This document shows, one piece after another, positions 1-9,700 of a stretch of 24,260 bases of DNA (position 1 is its first letter; each line of letters begins with the position of its first letter). Location: positions 1 to 24,260 of the IMG/VR virus record IMGVR_UViG_3300023257_000113, one strand, 5' to 3'. The DNA is from a virus. Lineage: Duplodnaviria; Caudoviricetes. The notes under the pieces are model-generated. The model made no database searches. It was not told where the DNA came from and saw only the letters and a list, made by a program, of their open reading frames with translations. The position numbers were made by a program, and so were the translations under genes.

Positions 1-1968
1 TTTGTTTATCCAAGCAGTTCCATTCCAAAAATCTACATAAATGTTTACACTCGTTGCATTAACACTTCCGGCATCAGAGATTCCATCTCCAATTGAAACA
101 CTATGATTGTGACTTGATGCACTATAACTTCCATAATCGTGTCCATGTGAATCAACATCTAATCCAGGAGATTTATTGTCATCTGAAACTGCAGCATTTT
201 CATCGCTTACATCCCATGATGAGATTGAATGAGTATGTGCTTTTTCCCAAATTCCAATATATGCATCTACATCTATTGCTCCAGTATGCGGATAAACTTC
301 CAGACTGATTGTATCAGAACTACAAGGCCCTCCCTTAATATCTTGAATCTGTATGAATGAGTCATCTCTAAATCCATCAACATATATCCCAAATTGACAA
401 TCTGCATCTACATAATGAGCAAATCCAGAGTTTCTTATTCTAATAGATATGTCCTCTGCTCCTCCAGAATCTCCTCTAACATAAAAATCTACACTTGTAT
501 TTGTCGCAGTTCCGACATATTCACTTGCTACCGTTGTCCACGTTCCAGAACTACAGGATACACTTGAACCAGTATCTGTTCCTTCACTTTCTCCAATATA
601 ATTTGCAGAAGATGTTTGTGTTGCATTATTATGGTCATGTCCGGAATCACTTGCATCATGTTTATGTGAATCAACATCTCCTCCAGGTGCATCGTTTCCT
701 GATATTCCACTAACTGTTGGCGCAACATCTGTTTCGCTTGCACTTCCTACTCCTGATCTGAATGGGTCCACATCATAATCTAATTTAAAAGAATTGACTC
801 TCAAATTCCCTGCTTCGTCTGTGATATCACTAGCTGAAAAATATGCTTTGACTCTCAATGGCGCTGAATTGTTTGCATTAATCATCTCACTAAAAGTTAA
901 AATGTTTGTTGTTCCCTGCATATATGTTGAAGTGTCGTTGGTTCCTTTTTGTAATTCTGCAAGATATTTCTCCATGCTTCTTTCTTTTTGTGAGTATTCT
1001 TTGTTTGTTACCTGCAATGTCAAAAATTCTTCACTTCCCCTGACTCCTCTTTCTAGTCCTACGATTCTTACTTCTTCGTTTGATAGGCCTTTTGTCTGAG
1101 CGTTCAAAGTCACAACATCCCCAGAAACCACATTTAAGTTTGGGTTGATAACATCAAATTGATAAACACTCACAGGATCCTTCCACTTGGCCACTAATTT
1201 GTCAGCCATGTTATTTGCTTGGTCCTGTGTAATAATTGAAGGATCAGTATAATCTTTTTGGATTGTTCCATAGGTTGCTTTGGAAGTTGCGTCTTGCCCG
1301 TACGCGCCTGTTGATTTTATTTGGTTATCTCCATCCCCTTTCCCAAAAACTCTCACGTCATTTGCTATTGGATACGATTTTCTGACTGTTAGATCTGTAA
1401 TCTGTAACCGATCGTTTAATGTTGTCACGCTTGTTGAACTTCCTTTGTGATCTAAAATATCCACTTCCAAATTTGTATAATCGATTCCGATGTCTTGTGC
1501 TGTACTTCTTATTAAATTTGAAAGTCCATTATAAAGACTCGATGATGATTCCAATTTTAAGTCAATGCTTGCTCCGGCTTCTATTGTTCCGGCACTAAGA
1601 TATGAACTCTCTCCGATTATGGCCGCCGCAATTGTAGCACTTGCTTCTGATGTCCATGGGCTATCTGCGTATGCTCCGTTTTCTTTTCCTAGCCAAACCT
1701 CAAAACCTTTCAAGTCTGCAGAGATTCCTCCGGCGTTTAAATAAGAAAGTGAATTGATTAATCCAACAAATTCCAAACTACCATTCCTATAAAAATAAAC
1801 TTTCGAACCTATCTCAAATAATCCTCTTTTTGTTTGGCCTGTACCTGTGATTCTTAACTGGCCTTCATTCAATTCATTCAAATTGTCTACATAAGAGAAC
1901 GCACTGTCTGGAATAACTGTTCCGGCTAGTCCGCTTGTGTTTTCTACCTTTATAATATACTGGCTCAT
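1..1968 (-). CDS. Tail tip / baseplate hub (Tal-like) protein with C-terminal HxH metal-binding fibre region; partial, runs off the window (>=656 aa)
   Basis: Absent from the ORF track because it has no stop in the window. Manual translation from ATG 1968 (ATGA overlap with the upstream stop): MSQYIIKVENTSGLAGTVIPDSAFSYVDNLNELNEGQLRI...ANDVRVFGKGDGDNQ...DATSKATYGTIQKDYTDPSI...VVSGDVVTL..., open to base 1. The hub-like motifs and the position after TMP and Dit fit this call. Five HxH motifs lie at 103-666. Confidence 0.8.
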   Translation of the reverse strand, partial: MSQYIIKVENTSGLAGTVIPDSAFSYVDNLNELNEGQLRITGTGQTKRGLFEIGSKVYFYRNGSLEFVGLINSLSYLNAGGISADLKGFEVWLGKENGAYADSPWTSEASATIAAAIIGESSYLSAGTIEAGASIDLKLESSSSLYNGLSNLIRSTAQDIGIDYTNLEVDILDHKGSSTSVTTLNDRLQITDLTVRKSYPIANDVRVFGKGDGDNQIKSTGAYGQDATSKATYGTIQKDYTDPSIITQDQANNMADKLVAKWKDPVSVYQFDVINPNLNVVSGDVVTLNAQTKGLSNEEVRIVGLERGVRGSEEFLTLQVTNKEYSQKERSMEKYLAELQKGTNDTSTYMQGTTNILTFSEMINANNSAPLRVKAYFSASDITDEAGNLRVNSFKLDYDVDPFRSGVGSASETDVAPTVSGISGNDAPGGDVDSHKHDASDSGHDHNNATQTSSANYIGESEGTDTGSSVSCSSGTWTTVASEYVGTATNTSVDFYVRGDSGGAEDISIRIRNSGFAHYVDADCQFGIYVDGFRDDSFIQIQDIKGGPCSSDTISLEVYPHTGAIDVDAYIGIWEKAHTHSISSWDVSDENAAVSDDNKSPGLDVDSHGHDYGSYSASSHNHSVSIGDGISDAGSVNATSVNIYVDFWNGTAWINK

Positions 1969-2747
1969 GCTGAATAACCGTTTCTGAATTTAATTGTATA
2001 AGCTGCATCTAAATTCGAGACTGTCATTGTTGATGTTGATAATCCTGCCGCCAATTGCAATAATCCCATTCCATCAGTTGTTTGAACTGCACTCGTTTGG
2101 GTTCCTTCGATTGTTGTGTAGTTGTATTCTGTCACGAAGATTCCATCTCCCGAGTCTGTCATATTTATAAATTTAATAATGATATCATCTGCAGTTGTCA
2201 AAGCAGATGCGGGAATTGTTACTTCGTTTCCTAATCCATCACTTACCACAACATCACTTGCTCCAGAGGTTACTGTTCCTGAAATTTCTTCGATGAAAGT
2301 TGTCACATTTCCGCCATTTGTTTTATGTGCTTCTCCTTGAGTATAGGTTTGTTGAGTGTCTGAGAATAAGATTCCTATCACTGTTTGAAAGTTGGCAACA
2401 TAATCAATAAAATTTGTTTTTCCTCCTGAATGTGTTTTCTTGATTTGATTTCCTACACCCAAATAAAACTTATCACTTTCCCAGTATAATTTTTTTAACT
2501 TTTCGGATTCCGAGAAATGTTTGCTTAATGCCAGATAGTTTGTGTTTTTACTTGTTCCAAAAAAGTGTCCTGTTAATACGATCATCTTTGGACCAATTCC
2601 CCCACCACTTACAAAATAATGAAACCTTTGGTAATCGACATTTGTCACAGTATAATTTGGGACTATCTCATCATCGAACGTGTTTGGGTTATTTGGGAAG
2701 TCAAACTTGTCAGCTGTTCCTGAGTAGTTTTCGATTTTCATTACCAT
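1965..2747 (-). CDS. Distal tail (Dit-like) protein
   Basis: 260 aa, beta-rich (FDFPNNPNTF, IVLTGHF). Lies between the tape measure and hub genes and is translationally coupled to both. Confidence 0.6.
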   Translation of the reverse strand: MVMKIENYSGTADKFDFPNNPNTFDDEIVPNYTVTNVDYQRFHYFVSGGGIGPKMIVLTGHFFGTSKNTNYLALSKHFSESEKLKKLYWESDKFYLGVGNQIKKTHSGGKTNFIDYVANFQTVIGILFSDTQQTYTQGEAHKTNGGNVTTFIEEISGTVTSGASDVVVSDGLGNEVTIPASALTTADDIIIKFINMTDSGDGIFVTEYNYTTIEGTQTSAVQTTDGMGLLQLAAGLSTSTMTVSNLDAAYTIKFRNGYSA

Positions 2748-3601
2748 TATAAAAAATATTGAGCTTCGAGCTCTCCTCCATTTCTTGAATACATTTTCAT
2801 CTGTTCCTGGAATTGTTGGTTTTTGTAATAATCACTATTATAATATTCTTGCATTTGTCGGTCTAGGAATCCTTGCCCATTTTCATCCTTGACATAGGTG
2901 TTGATTAAAGGGCCCAACATCATTCCTCCTGCCGATGCTCCAGTTGCAAGTCCTCCGGTAACTCCTGCACTAACTGCTCCACCTCCAAATAAAAATGATT
3001 TTAATGCTCCTGGTATCTTTGTAAACCATGAAATAGCCGAAGAGAAAAACCCTCCAATTTTTGTTGATACATTCTTTACAGCTGTTCCGATTGTTGACCA
3101 TCCTCCCCATGTGGCCATTCCTTTAAACAATCCAAAAAATCCAGACCATGCACTATAAATCCAACCACCAACTTTTATCGCAACTGTTGCTATTCCTACT
3201 CCAACCACACTCTTTGTAATTCCTGCAAATATGTCAGGGTGTTCATTTGCCCAATTAGATAATTTGTTTAAACCATCTGCAGCCGCATCGAAAACTGGCG
3301 CCAATGCTTCTCCTGCACTCATCTTTAATTTTAATAATGATAGATTGATTCTCGCCATTGAACCTGCAACTGCCGGCGTATCTTTTACCCATGCTGTTAA
3401 TGCCGCGGTTCCTGCAACTGCCAAAGTCCCGAATATTGTTGTCATTCTTTTTCCTTGTGCTGCAATCCTCTCAAAATCAGATCCTACCGATTTCCCAGAA
3501 TTAGAAATGTCTTTAAGTCCAGTATCTATTCTTTTGATTCCCCGTTCAATCTCTGCAGTTTGAATGGATCCTCCAATTTGTAAATTTCCAATTTCTACCA
3601 T
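2747..3601 (-). CDS. Tape measure protein (short, 284 aa)
   Basis: N-terminal MVEIGNLQIGGSI, helical Ala/Gly-rich body with periodic W/F, and a position directly after the frameshifted tail chaperone. Confidence 0.75.
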   Translation of the reverse strand: MVEIGNLQIGGSIQTAEIERGIKRIDTGLKDISNSGKSVGSDFERIAAQGKRMTTIFGTLAVAGTAALTAWVKDTPAVAGSMARINLSLLKLKMSAGEALAPVFDAAADGLNKLSNWANEHPDIFAGITKSVVGVGIATVAIKVGGWIYSAWSGFFGLFKGMATWGGWSTIGTAVKNVSTKIGGFFSSAISWFTKIPGALKSFLFGGGAVSAGVTGGLATGASAGGMMLGPLINTYVKDENGQGFLDRQMQEYYNSDYYKNQQFQEQMKMYSRNGGELEAQYFL

Positions 3602-3602
3602 T

Positions 3603-3833
3603 TTATTTTTTCATTTTTGCGATTGTATCCTCAATCTCTCCTTCTCGGATTCTTTTGCTTTTGATTGCTTCGTCAAGGTCAACTATATCCTGGATATCCC
3701 TCATCTGGCATTTCTTGAATTCTTCTGGCCCGATACCCTTTTCCCAAAACTTATGTTTAAGCCACATCAAGATTTCAGCTCTTCCCTCAATCGAGAATCC
3801 CTGTTTACTTGCTGTGTGAATCTTAAAAATTAG
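3603..3833 (-). CDS. -1 frameshift extension of the tail assembly chaperone (gpGT-like, 76 aa)
   Basis: The -1 frame after the slippery site is open: LIFKIHTASKQGFSIEGRAEILMWLKHKFWEKGIGPEEFKKCQMRDIQDIVDLDEAIKSKRIREGEIEDTIAKMKK*. Its TAA (3605-3603) ends 1 nt before the TMP ATG. Confidence 0.8.
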   Translation of the reverse strand, partial: LIFKIHTASKQGFSIEGRAEILMWLKHKFWEKGIGPEEFKKCQMRDIQDIVDLDEAIKSKRIREGEIEDTIAKMKK

Positions 3834-4198
3834 TTTTTTTTTACTTCACTTGACGGGTTGTCTATACCGTTTATCTTGATAATTATTTTATCAAAAGTTC
3901 CCGGTTTAAGTTTTGACAATAGTTTCCACTTTTCTTCATTGCTCAAATTTTTCCATTCTTTATTGATTCCAATAACCTTCTGAATCATTTCTTGGTTGTA
4001 TGGGACATCAACTAAATTCCTAATCTTGCATTCATTCAACTTCGCAAGATTTTGAACTGGTTTCCCGTCTACAATCTCAATATATTCATTAACCCAAGCA
4101 TTTTCATTGCCTGCAGTTGTTGGCTTATATTTGAACTTTCGTTTTTCTATTTCAAACTCAACGACTTCCTCGTTTACAAAATCTTCTTCAAATTCCAT
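3830..4198 (-). CDS. Tail assembly chaperone (lambda gpG-like)
   Basis: 122 aa between tail tube and TMP. Ends VKKN* on the slippery site; SD AGGAGGT upstream. Confidence 0.8.
   Translation of the reverse strand: MEFEEDFVNEEVVEFEIEKRKFKYKPTTAGNENAWVNEYIEIVDGKPVQNLAKLNECKIRNLVDVPYNQEMIQKVIGINKEWKNLSNEEKWKLLSKLKPGTFDKIIIKINGIDNPSSEVKKN
3833..3842 (-). other. Programmed -1 ribosomal frameshift slippery site (A AAA AAC)
   Basis: Minus strand reads GTA AAA AAA AAC TAA, an X XXY YYZ heptamer immediately before the chaperone stop. Confidence 0.8.
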
Positions 4199-4213
4199 GT
4201 TTTACCTCCTGGT

Positions 4214-5179
4214 TTAGTAATCTGTGAGTGCATCGTTCGCAACGATCGCAACTGATTTAATTGTTCCTACCACATCAACGTTTGTTATCCCGTCCAAGTT
4301 TGTTGGACTCGTTGCCTGTTGTAAGTATAAATCTGTAAACGTGAACGTTACGTCATCTGCTGGTCCAGTTCCTCGAATTAAAGCCAAGCTGTTTGTACCG
4401 GGTACAACTACCTCATCTTCAAAATCGTCAAAGTAAGTATCATCTTTTTGATTTATGTTAAATCTGCAAGTGTATCTTCTTACTTTTGGAATTGGTTCTC
4501 CAATCGATTGTGCCAGTGTTGAATTACAATATCTCGAATCTTCTTCATCGATTCCATTGTCAATCGTCAATTCTCCTGAATTAACTTCTGTGATTTCACT
4601 TCCTGCATAAGTTAACTTAGCCATTCTGAATTGGAATCCGTCAGCTACTTCTGCTGATATTGATGTTGTGCTTGTTCCGGCTACTGCCGATTTTGCAATA
4701 CATTCAGCTGTCACTGTTACGAATCCTTCAGTCGGACCTGTTCCGGCCGCGAAGTTCATTGTCAAATTTGTTATAACACATCCTGTCAAAGTTATTACAT
4801 GGTCTGTACTTCCTCGTTTTGCCCATTCTAATGTGAAAGATTTTACAACGTCTGTTGCTGTGAAAGTATGCACTGTTGGCGCTGTGCTTGTGTTCGACAC
4901 AGTTCCATGAGCACAATATCTCAAAAACTTCCAATTTGTTGGTACAAACTCTAAAGAAAATTTATAAGTTTCTGGTCCCTTTTCCATCGAATCCATATCT
5001 CTTGAATCTGCACCTGCAGTCAATATCTCTTGCCAATTCTTTGAAAAGTCTGGAGTTATCTTCGTATTTTTACCAACGATATAACCATCATCTACCATCG
5101 TACTTGTTCCTAAAGTTGCCCATGTATCTTCTTCGCACATTGCGATTTGCTCTCTCTTACCAATCATATATTCTGTCAT
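4214..5179 (-). CDS. Major tail (tube) protein, non-contractile
   Basis: 321 aa with tail-tube motifs (HTFT...SFTLE...LTGCVITNLTMN...ELTIDNGI), strong SD GGAGGT, and no sheath gene in the module. Confidence 0.8.
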   Translation of the reverse strand: MTEYMIGKREQIAMCEEDTWATLGTSTMVDDGYIVGKNTKITPDFSKNWQEILTAGADSRDMDSMEKGPETYKFSLEFVPTNWKFLRYCAHGTVSNTSTAPTVHTFTATDVVKSFTLEWAKRGSTDHVITLTGCVITNLTMNFAAGTGPTEGFVTVTAECIAKSAVAGTSTTSISAEVADGFQFRMAKLTYAGSEITEVNSGELTIDNGIDEEDSRYCNSTLAQSIGEPIPKVRRYTCRFNINQKDDTYFDDFEDEVVVPGTNSLALIRGTGPADDVTFTFTDLYLQQATSPTNLDGITNVDVVGTIKSVAIVANDALTDY

Positions 5180-5199
5180 TATTTTTTAACCTCCATGAT

Positions 5200-5889
5200 T
5201 TAATTGCTCTCCGACACGTTAATGCCTTTTAGTTCTACTTCAACTATCGAATGAAAACATTCCAATTCTGTGCTGAATCCCATGTCTCTCGGAATCCCTA
5301 CTGGAGTGTAATTGTATAATTCTGGGTGCAAGTCGTTTTCGTATGATCTAAAAGCCGCCATCAATTGATGTGCCAAATATTCCGCAAGCTTATCTCCTTC
5401 GTATTTTACTCCATCAATTGTTTGAGGTTGATTTTCTTTTGTCCAGATGTCTATTTGGAAATGGATCGCGCTTTCGATGTCTGAATTGTATTGTCCCATT
5501 CTTCCTCCGGATCCTCCAACCACTAACACGTTCATTCTTGGGAATGATGTTTTGCTTAGGGAGACTTTTGCCTTGTCCGGATAAATCCAATTTGTAGTTC
5601 CTCGCTTATAGGTAATATCCACGTTGTTTGTTCCGGCCGCAGTGTTTGAATAAAAAATAACCTTTTGGTTTTGCCAGTCAATCCAATAATCTTCATATTT
5701 TACTTGTGCAGTTCCATCAACCGTCACAGAAACAATACAGGACATCGTTCCAGCTGTTGGCGTCAATTGAAAATCTGTGCTTCCTCCATCGAACTCTTCT
5801 GTTTGTGAAGTTTCTGCTCTACTCCGGGGATCTGTCAATCTCCTTCTAAGAAAATCTACTATTACATTTTTGGGACTTATGAATACCAT
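5200..5889 (-). CDS. Tail terminator-like protein with an inserted beta-domain
   Basis: Likely start is ATG 5889 (MVFISPKNVIVDFLR). Motifs IYPD...FPRMNV...FQIDIWTK; lies directly before the tail tube gene. Confidence 0.65.
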   Translation of the reverse strand: MVFISPKNVIVDFLRRRLTDPRSRAETSQTEEFDGGSTDFQLTPTAGTMSCIVSVTVDGTAQVKYEDYWIDWQNQKVIFYSNTAAGTNNVDITYKRGTTNWIYPDKAKVSLSKTSFPRMNVLVVGGSGGRMGQYNSDIESAIHFQIDIWTKENQPQTIDGVKYEGDKLAEYLAHQLMAAFRSYENDLHPELYNYTPVGIPRDMGFSTELECFHSIVEVELKGINVSESN

Positions 5890-5957
5890 CTTTGGTTGTT
5901 TAATGCCTCTTGGCAAATCATCCGAGTGGATAATATGATAATTCAAACCTTATTAAT

Positions 5958-5970
5958 TATTTAAATCTAC
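5958..5970 (-). promoter_or_regulatory. Archaeal-type TATA promoter for the tail operon
   Basis: GTAGA-TTTAAATA. A 21-nt spacer leads to an A at 5936, giving a 47-nt leader with two hairpins. Confidence 0.5.
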
Positions 5971-6389
5971 TTGCCTTTCTTCATAACTTGATTAAAATAT
6001 CTATCAACCCAAATTCCTTTCACTTGGTCAAGCGCCGGCCTAAAAAATGGCTGAGCTCTTGTTCCTGGGTGCATTACCTTTTTAGAAAAGATTGTTTTTC
6101 CATCAGATTTGAATTTTAAGGCCTTCTTCGCATTTGGTCTTATGATATGAGGACTTGTTCCGAACTCAACATCTGGCGCATATTCTACATCATCATAAAG
6201 TAAATAATTATTAAATCCCATGGTTGTTGGGTTTATCTTGATTCCATTCCACAATCTTCCCTTATCGACAGGACAATTAATGATCGCCAATTCTTGCATC
6301 TTCAACATCGATTTAAATAAAACCTTTCTTAACTGGTCAATCGTCAATCCCTTGTCTATCTTGCTTTGGATATTAAAATTTATTTTCAT
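5967..6389 (-). CDS. HK97 gp10-like neck / tail completion protein
   Basis: Likely start is 6389 (ATGA overlap). Motifs CPVDKGRL, VEYAPDVEFGT, HPGTRAQPFFRPA. Confidence 0.85.
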   Translation of the reverse strand: MKINFNIQSKIDKGLTIDQLRKVLFKSMLKMQELAIINCPVDKGRLWNGIKINPTTMGFNNYLLYDDVEYAPDVEFGTSPHIIRPNAKKALKFKSDGKTIFSKKVMHPGTRAQPFFRPALDQVKGIWVDRYFNQVMKKGK

Positions 6390-6790
6390 TGGGTTAGTCC
6401 TATCTTTTTCAATACTGCTGTCCGGAAGATTTCTTTTGATTTTGCTTTTCTCCCACCGACAATTTGTTCTATCCTCCACCAAAAATTATTCTTATCCAGA
6501 ATCATATCTCCTGCTTGAACTATCATATCTCCATGCCCTGTGATTGATTCTGGATACTCATTATAAAAAAATCCTTTCACGTTCCCGGTGATTGCCAAAC
6601 CCATCTCATGAATCTGACGGTCCTTCTTTGTGATATCTTGCATAACAAAAAATATCGTATAACCGGATTGTGCGATTGATTTTGTGTCACCCATGCTTCC
6701 GATGTTTTCTGTTTCTTTAATTAGACTTCCTTGCATCCCATGTGTCTTAATTATCCCATGGAAGTCCTCTCTCATTGATTCGTAGCTCAT
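6386..6790 (-). CDS. Head closure / head-tail joining protein (SPP1 gp16-like)
   Basis: 134 aa, beta-rich with a QAGDMI...WRIEQI motif, in the canonical position just before the gp10-like gene. Confidence 0.65.
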   Translation of the reverse strand: MSYESMREDFHGIIKTHGMQGSLIKETENIGSMGDTKSIAQSGYTIFFVMQDITKKDRQIHEMGLAITGNVKGFFYNEYPESITGHGDMIVQAGDMILDKNNFWWRIEQIVGGRKAKSKEIFRTAVLKKIGLTQ

Positions 6791-9700
6791 TGGTCTAACT
6801 CCAACTTTTTAATTATTGCACTCTTGAATATTTCTGATCCATCCATTTCTCTTTCTCCGTTGATTGTCTCAATCCTCCAATATTCTTCGTCATCGTCTTT
6901 TATAACATCTCCCACCTGTGCGCTTACAACACCATTTCCTGTGATTGAGTCCGGATACTCGTGGAATAAGAAAATCCTTGCTTCTCCTGTAAAAGCAGAG
7001 CCCATATCTCTCAATTGTCTATCTTCTCTTAAAATATCCTGAATAGACATGTATATCGCGTAGGATGCCTCCGATACGGCTGTCACAGCTCCAGTGGTGT
7101 CTTTTGTTTCAGTTTGCCTGATAAGTGTTGCCTCTATTCCTTCTTCTGTTATAATGGCTTGTATGTCCGTTCTGGCCGATGCAACTCTGAAACTATTAAA
7201 CACGATATTCAAGAAGAAATCATCAAAGTTGAAATCCTCAGTTAACATCTTAATAAAATTAAAAGTGCTGCCATCATCCAAACTTAATGACTCCAATAAT
7301 TCTAAAAATCTTATCTTCAAAACTTCTAGATCATCACTCAAATTTGTTATCTCAGATATGATCCTTCCGATTGTAAAGTTCTTTGTGTCTGTTAAATTCA
7401 AACCTTCAACCAATTCCTTAATTATTTTGTGGATATCTCCATCTGATAAATTCAAAACATCGGATAGTGATTTGATTGTTTGCTTGGTTACGACATCCCC
7501 CATTGTTTGGGATTCACTCAATATCTTTGTTATCGATCTTGTCAAGCTATCTCCTAGTTCGAATGTGTCTATTAGGATTCTTGATGTTGCTTTTACTACT
7601 GATGCGTTCAAATTCATCTCTTCTGAATATTCTCTTGCCAAATCCCAAATTTTCGAATACTCGTCTGATGTACTTATTGATTCAGTAAGTAATTTTAAAA
7701 TCCATTTGTCTGCCTGCAAATCATCACTAAAATTATAAGATTCAATTAGCTCTCTCAATAATGTATTTACTTCATCATCCGTTAAACCGAACGCCTCACT
7801 CAGAATTCTTGTGAATGCTATCGAATCTCCATCTGTGATTGAAAAGATTTCGTTTAAAGTTCTTCTAACATCCCACGTTCTAGAATAATATTCCACCAAA
7901 TTAAAACTCTCAATCATTGTTTTCAGTAACGTTGCGATTGTTGTCACATCATCAGTCATGTTCATTGTCTCAGAATATTCCCGATTCAAACTCACTGTTT
8001 TTGTCAATTCATCTAATAAACTCAAACTCTCAGATAAACTTCTAAACATCGATTTTAAAACCTCATCTGATAAACTCAAACTTTCAGAGTATTCTCTTTC
8101 CAAAGTCCAAATCTTTGAATACTCATCCAATAAATTTGTAACATCTGTTAATGATTTGTTTATTTGAAATGTTTTTGAATCAGTCAATCCGATTTCTTCT
8201 CCTGGGAAGTTCAAACCCCATGTGATCGTTTGTTGATTTGTCAAAGTGGTTGTTTCCGAGAAGGTCCTATTTATGCTCAATTGTCTTAATACTTCAGCAC
8301 TTACTCCAATCGATTCGTTAAGGACTTTTATAATATTTGAAAAATCCCCATCGGAAAGGTTCAATATTTCTGTGATGTTCTTATCAATTAAAAAAGACTT
8401 TGCATCTGATAAACTCAAACTCTCCTCGATATTCTTATTCATCAAAAATGATTTCAAATCTGATAAATCAAATGTTTCATTAATGTTTCTGTTCATGGAA
8501 AACGTTTTTAAATCTGATAAATTAAAAGTTTCATACTTTTCTGTTTGAGTTCCCTTATTTGTTACGTCTGATAAGTTAAAACTATTTTGGATGTTATGAT
8601 CAATAAAAAATGATTTCAAATCTGATAAATTGAAAGTTTCTTGATTTAATTTGTTTATTGATGATGTTTTCAAGTCTGACAAACTTAAACTATCATCGAT
8701 GTTTCTGTTCATAGAAAATATTTCTAAATCTGATAAATTGAAGCTTTCTCCTGGAAAAAGAAAAACTAACGAGATAAGTTGCTCATTTGTCAAATTTGTT
8801 GTTTCTGAAAGAATTATAACTTTTTGGATTTGTCTGAATAAATCCGCACTTAATCCAAATGATTCACTAAATGTTTTTAGGATATTTGCGAAGTCTCCAT
8901 CGGAAATGTTTAAAGTTTCTTGAATGTTTTTGTTAATCAGAAATGATTTCAAATCTGATAAATTGAAAGTTTCTTGAATGTTTTTGTCAATCAAGAATGT
9001 TTTTAGATCTGACAAATTGAAGCTCTCATCGATGTTTCTGTTCATAGAAATTGCTTTCAAATCTGATAAACTAAAATTTTCAAGTATTGATTTTATTCCT
9101 TGTTTTGAAATATCTCCGGATAAAGAAAAACTATCAGAGTATTCTCTTTCAAAATCAATCCTACGACTAAAATTTGAAGATAAACTAAAACTCTCAGGAA
9201 TATTTCTATTTGAAGATAATGATTTTAAATCATTAAAATTAAATTCTTCCGTATATGTTTCATCATATTCTGTTCCTCCAGCTACTACGGTGAACGTTCC
9301 ATCCTCCGTAAATGTATGAACGGTGTTATCCCCGTCTGTCGTCTTTGTTCCACCTGTACAAGTTCCAAAGTTCGCTGTTACATAGGAAATAATAACAACA
9401 CCACTTCCACCATTACCAGCTGTATAACCACTAGTACGAACACCTCCGCCACCGCCACCTGTGTTGGCTGTACCTGAAGTTGCGTTTGAGTTTGCAATAC
9501 CACCTGCACCACCGCCTCCGGTTCCTCCTGCTCCAGCAGTAGAGTCACCACCTCCACCGCCACCTCCGCCATAAGTTACCGGACTTCCGGTTATAGAATT
9601 TGCTGTCCCATCTCCACCATCTCCGCCTGCTCCAGAACCAACAGCCCCGACTTCACTTGAACCTCCACCGCCACCGCCATTATTCCCATTTGGGTCTCCT

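Noticed and set aside
7190-9249. Periodic DNA repeats as a CRISPR array
   Set aside because: The repeats are degenerate, in-frame and coding, with no identical repeats or unique spacers.
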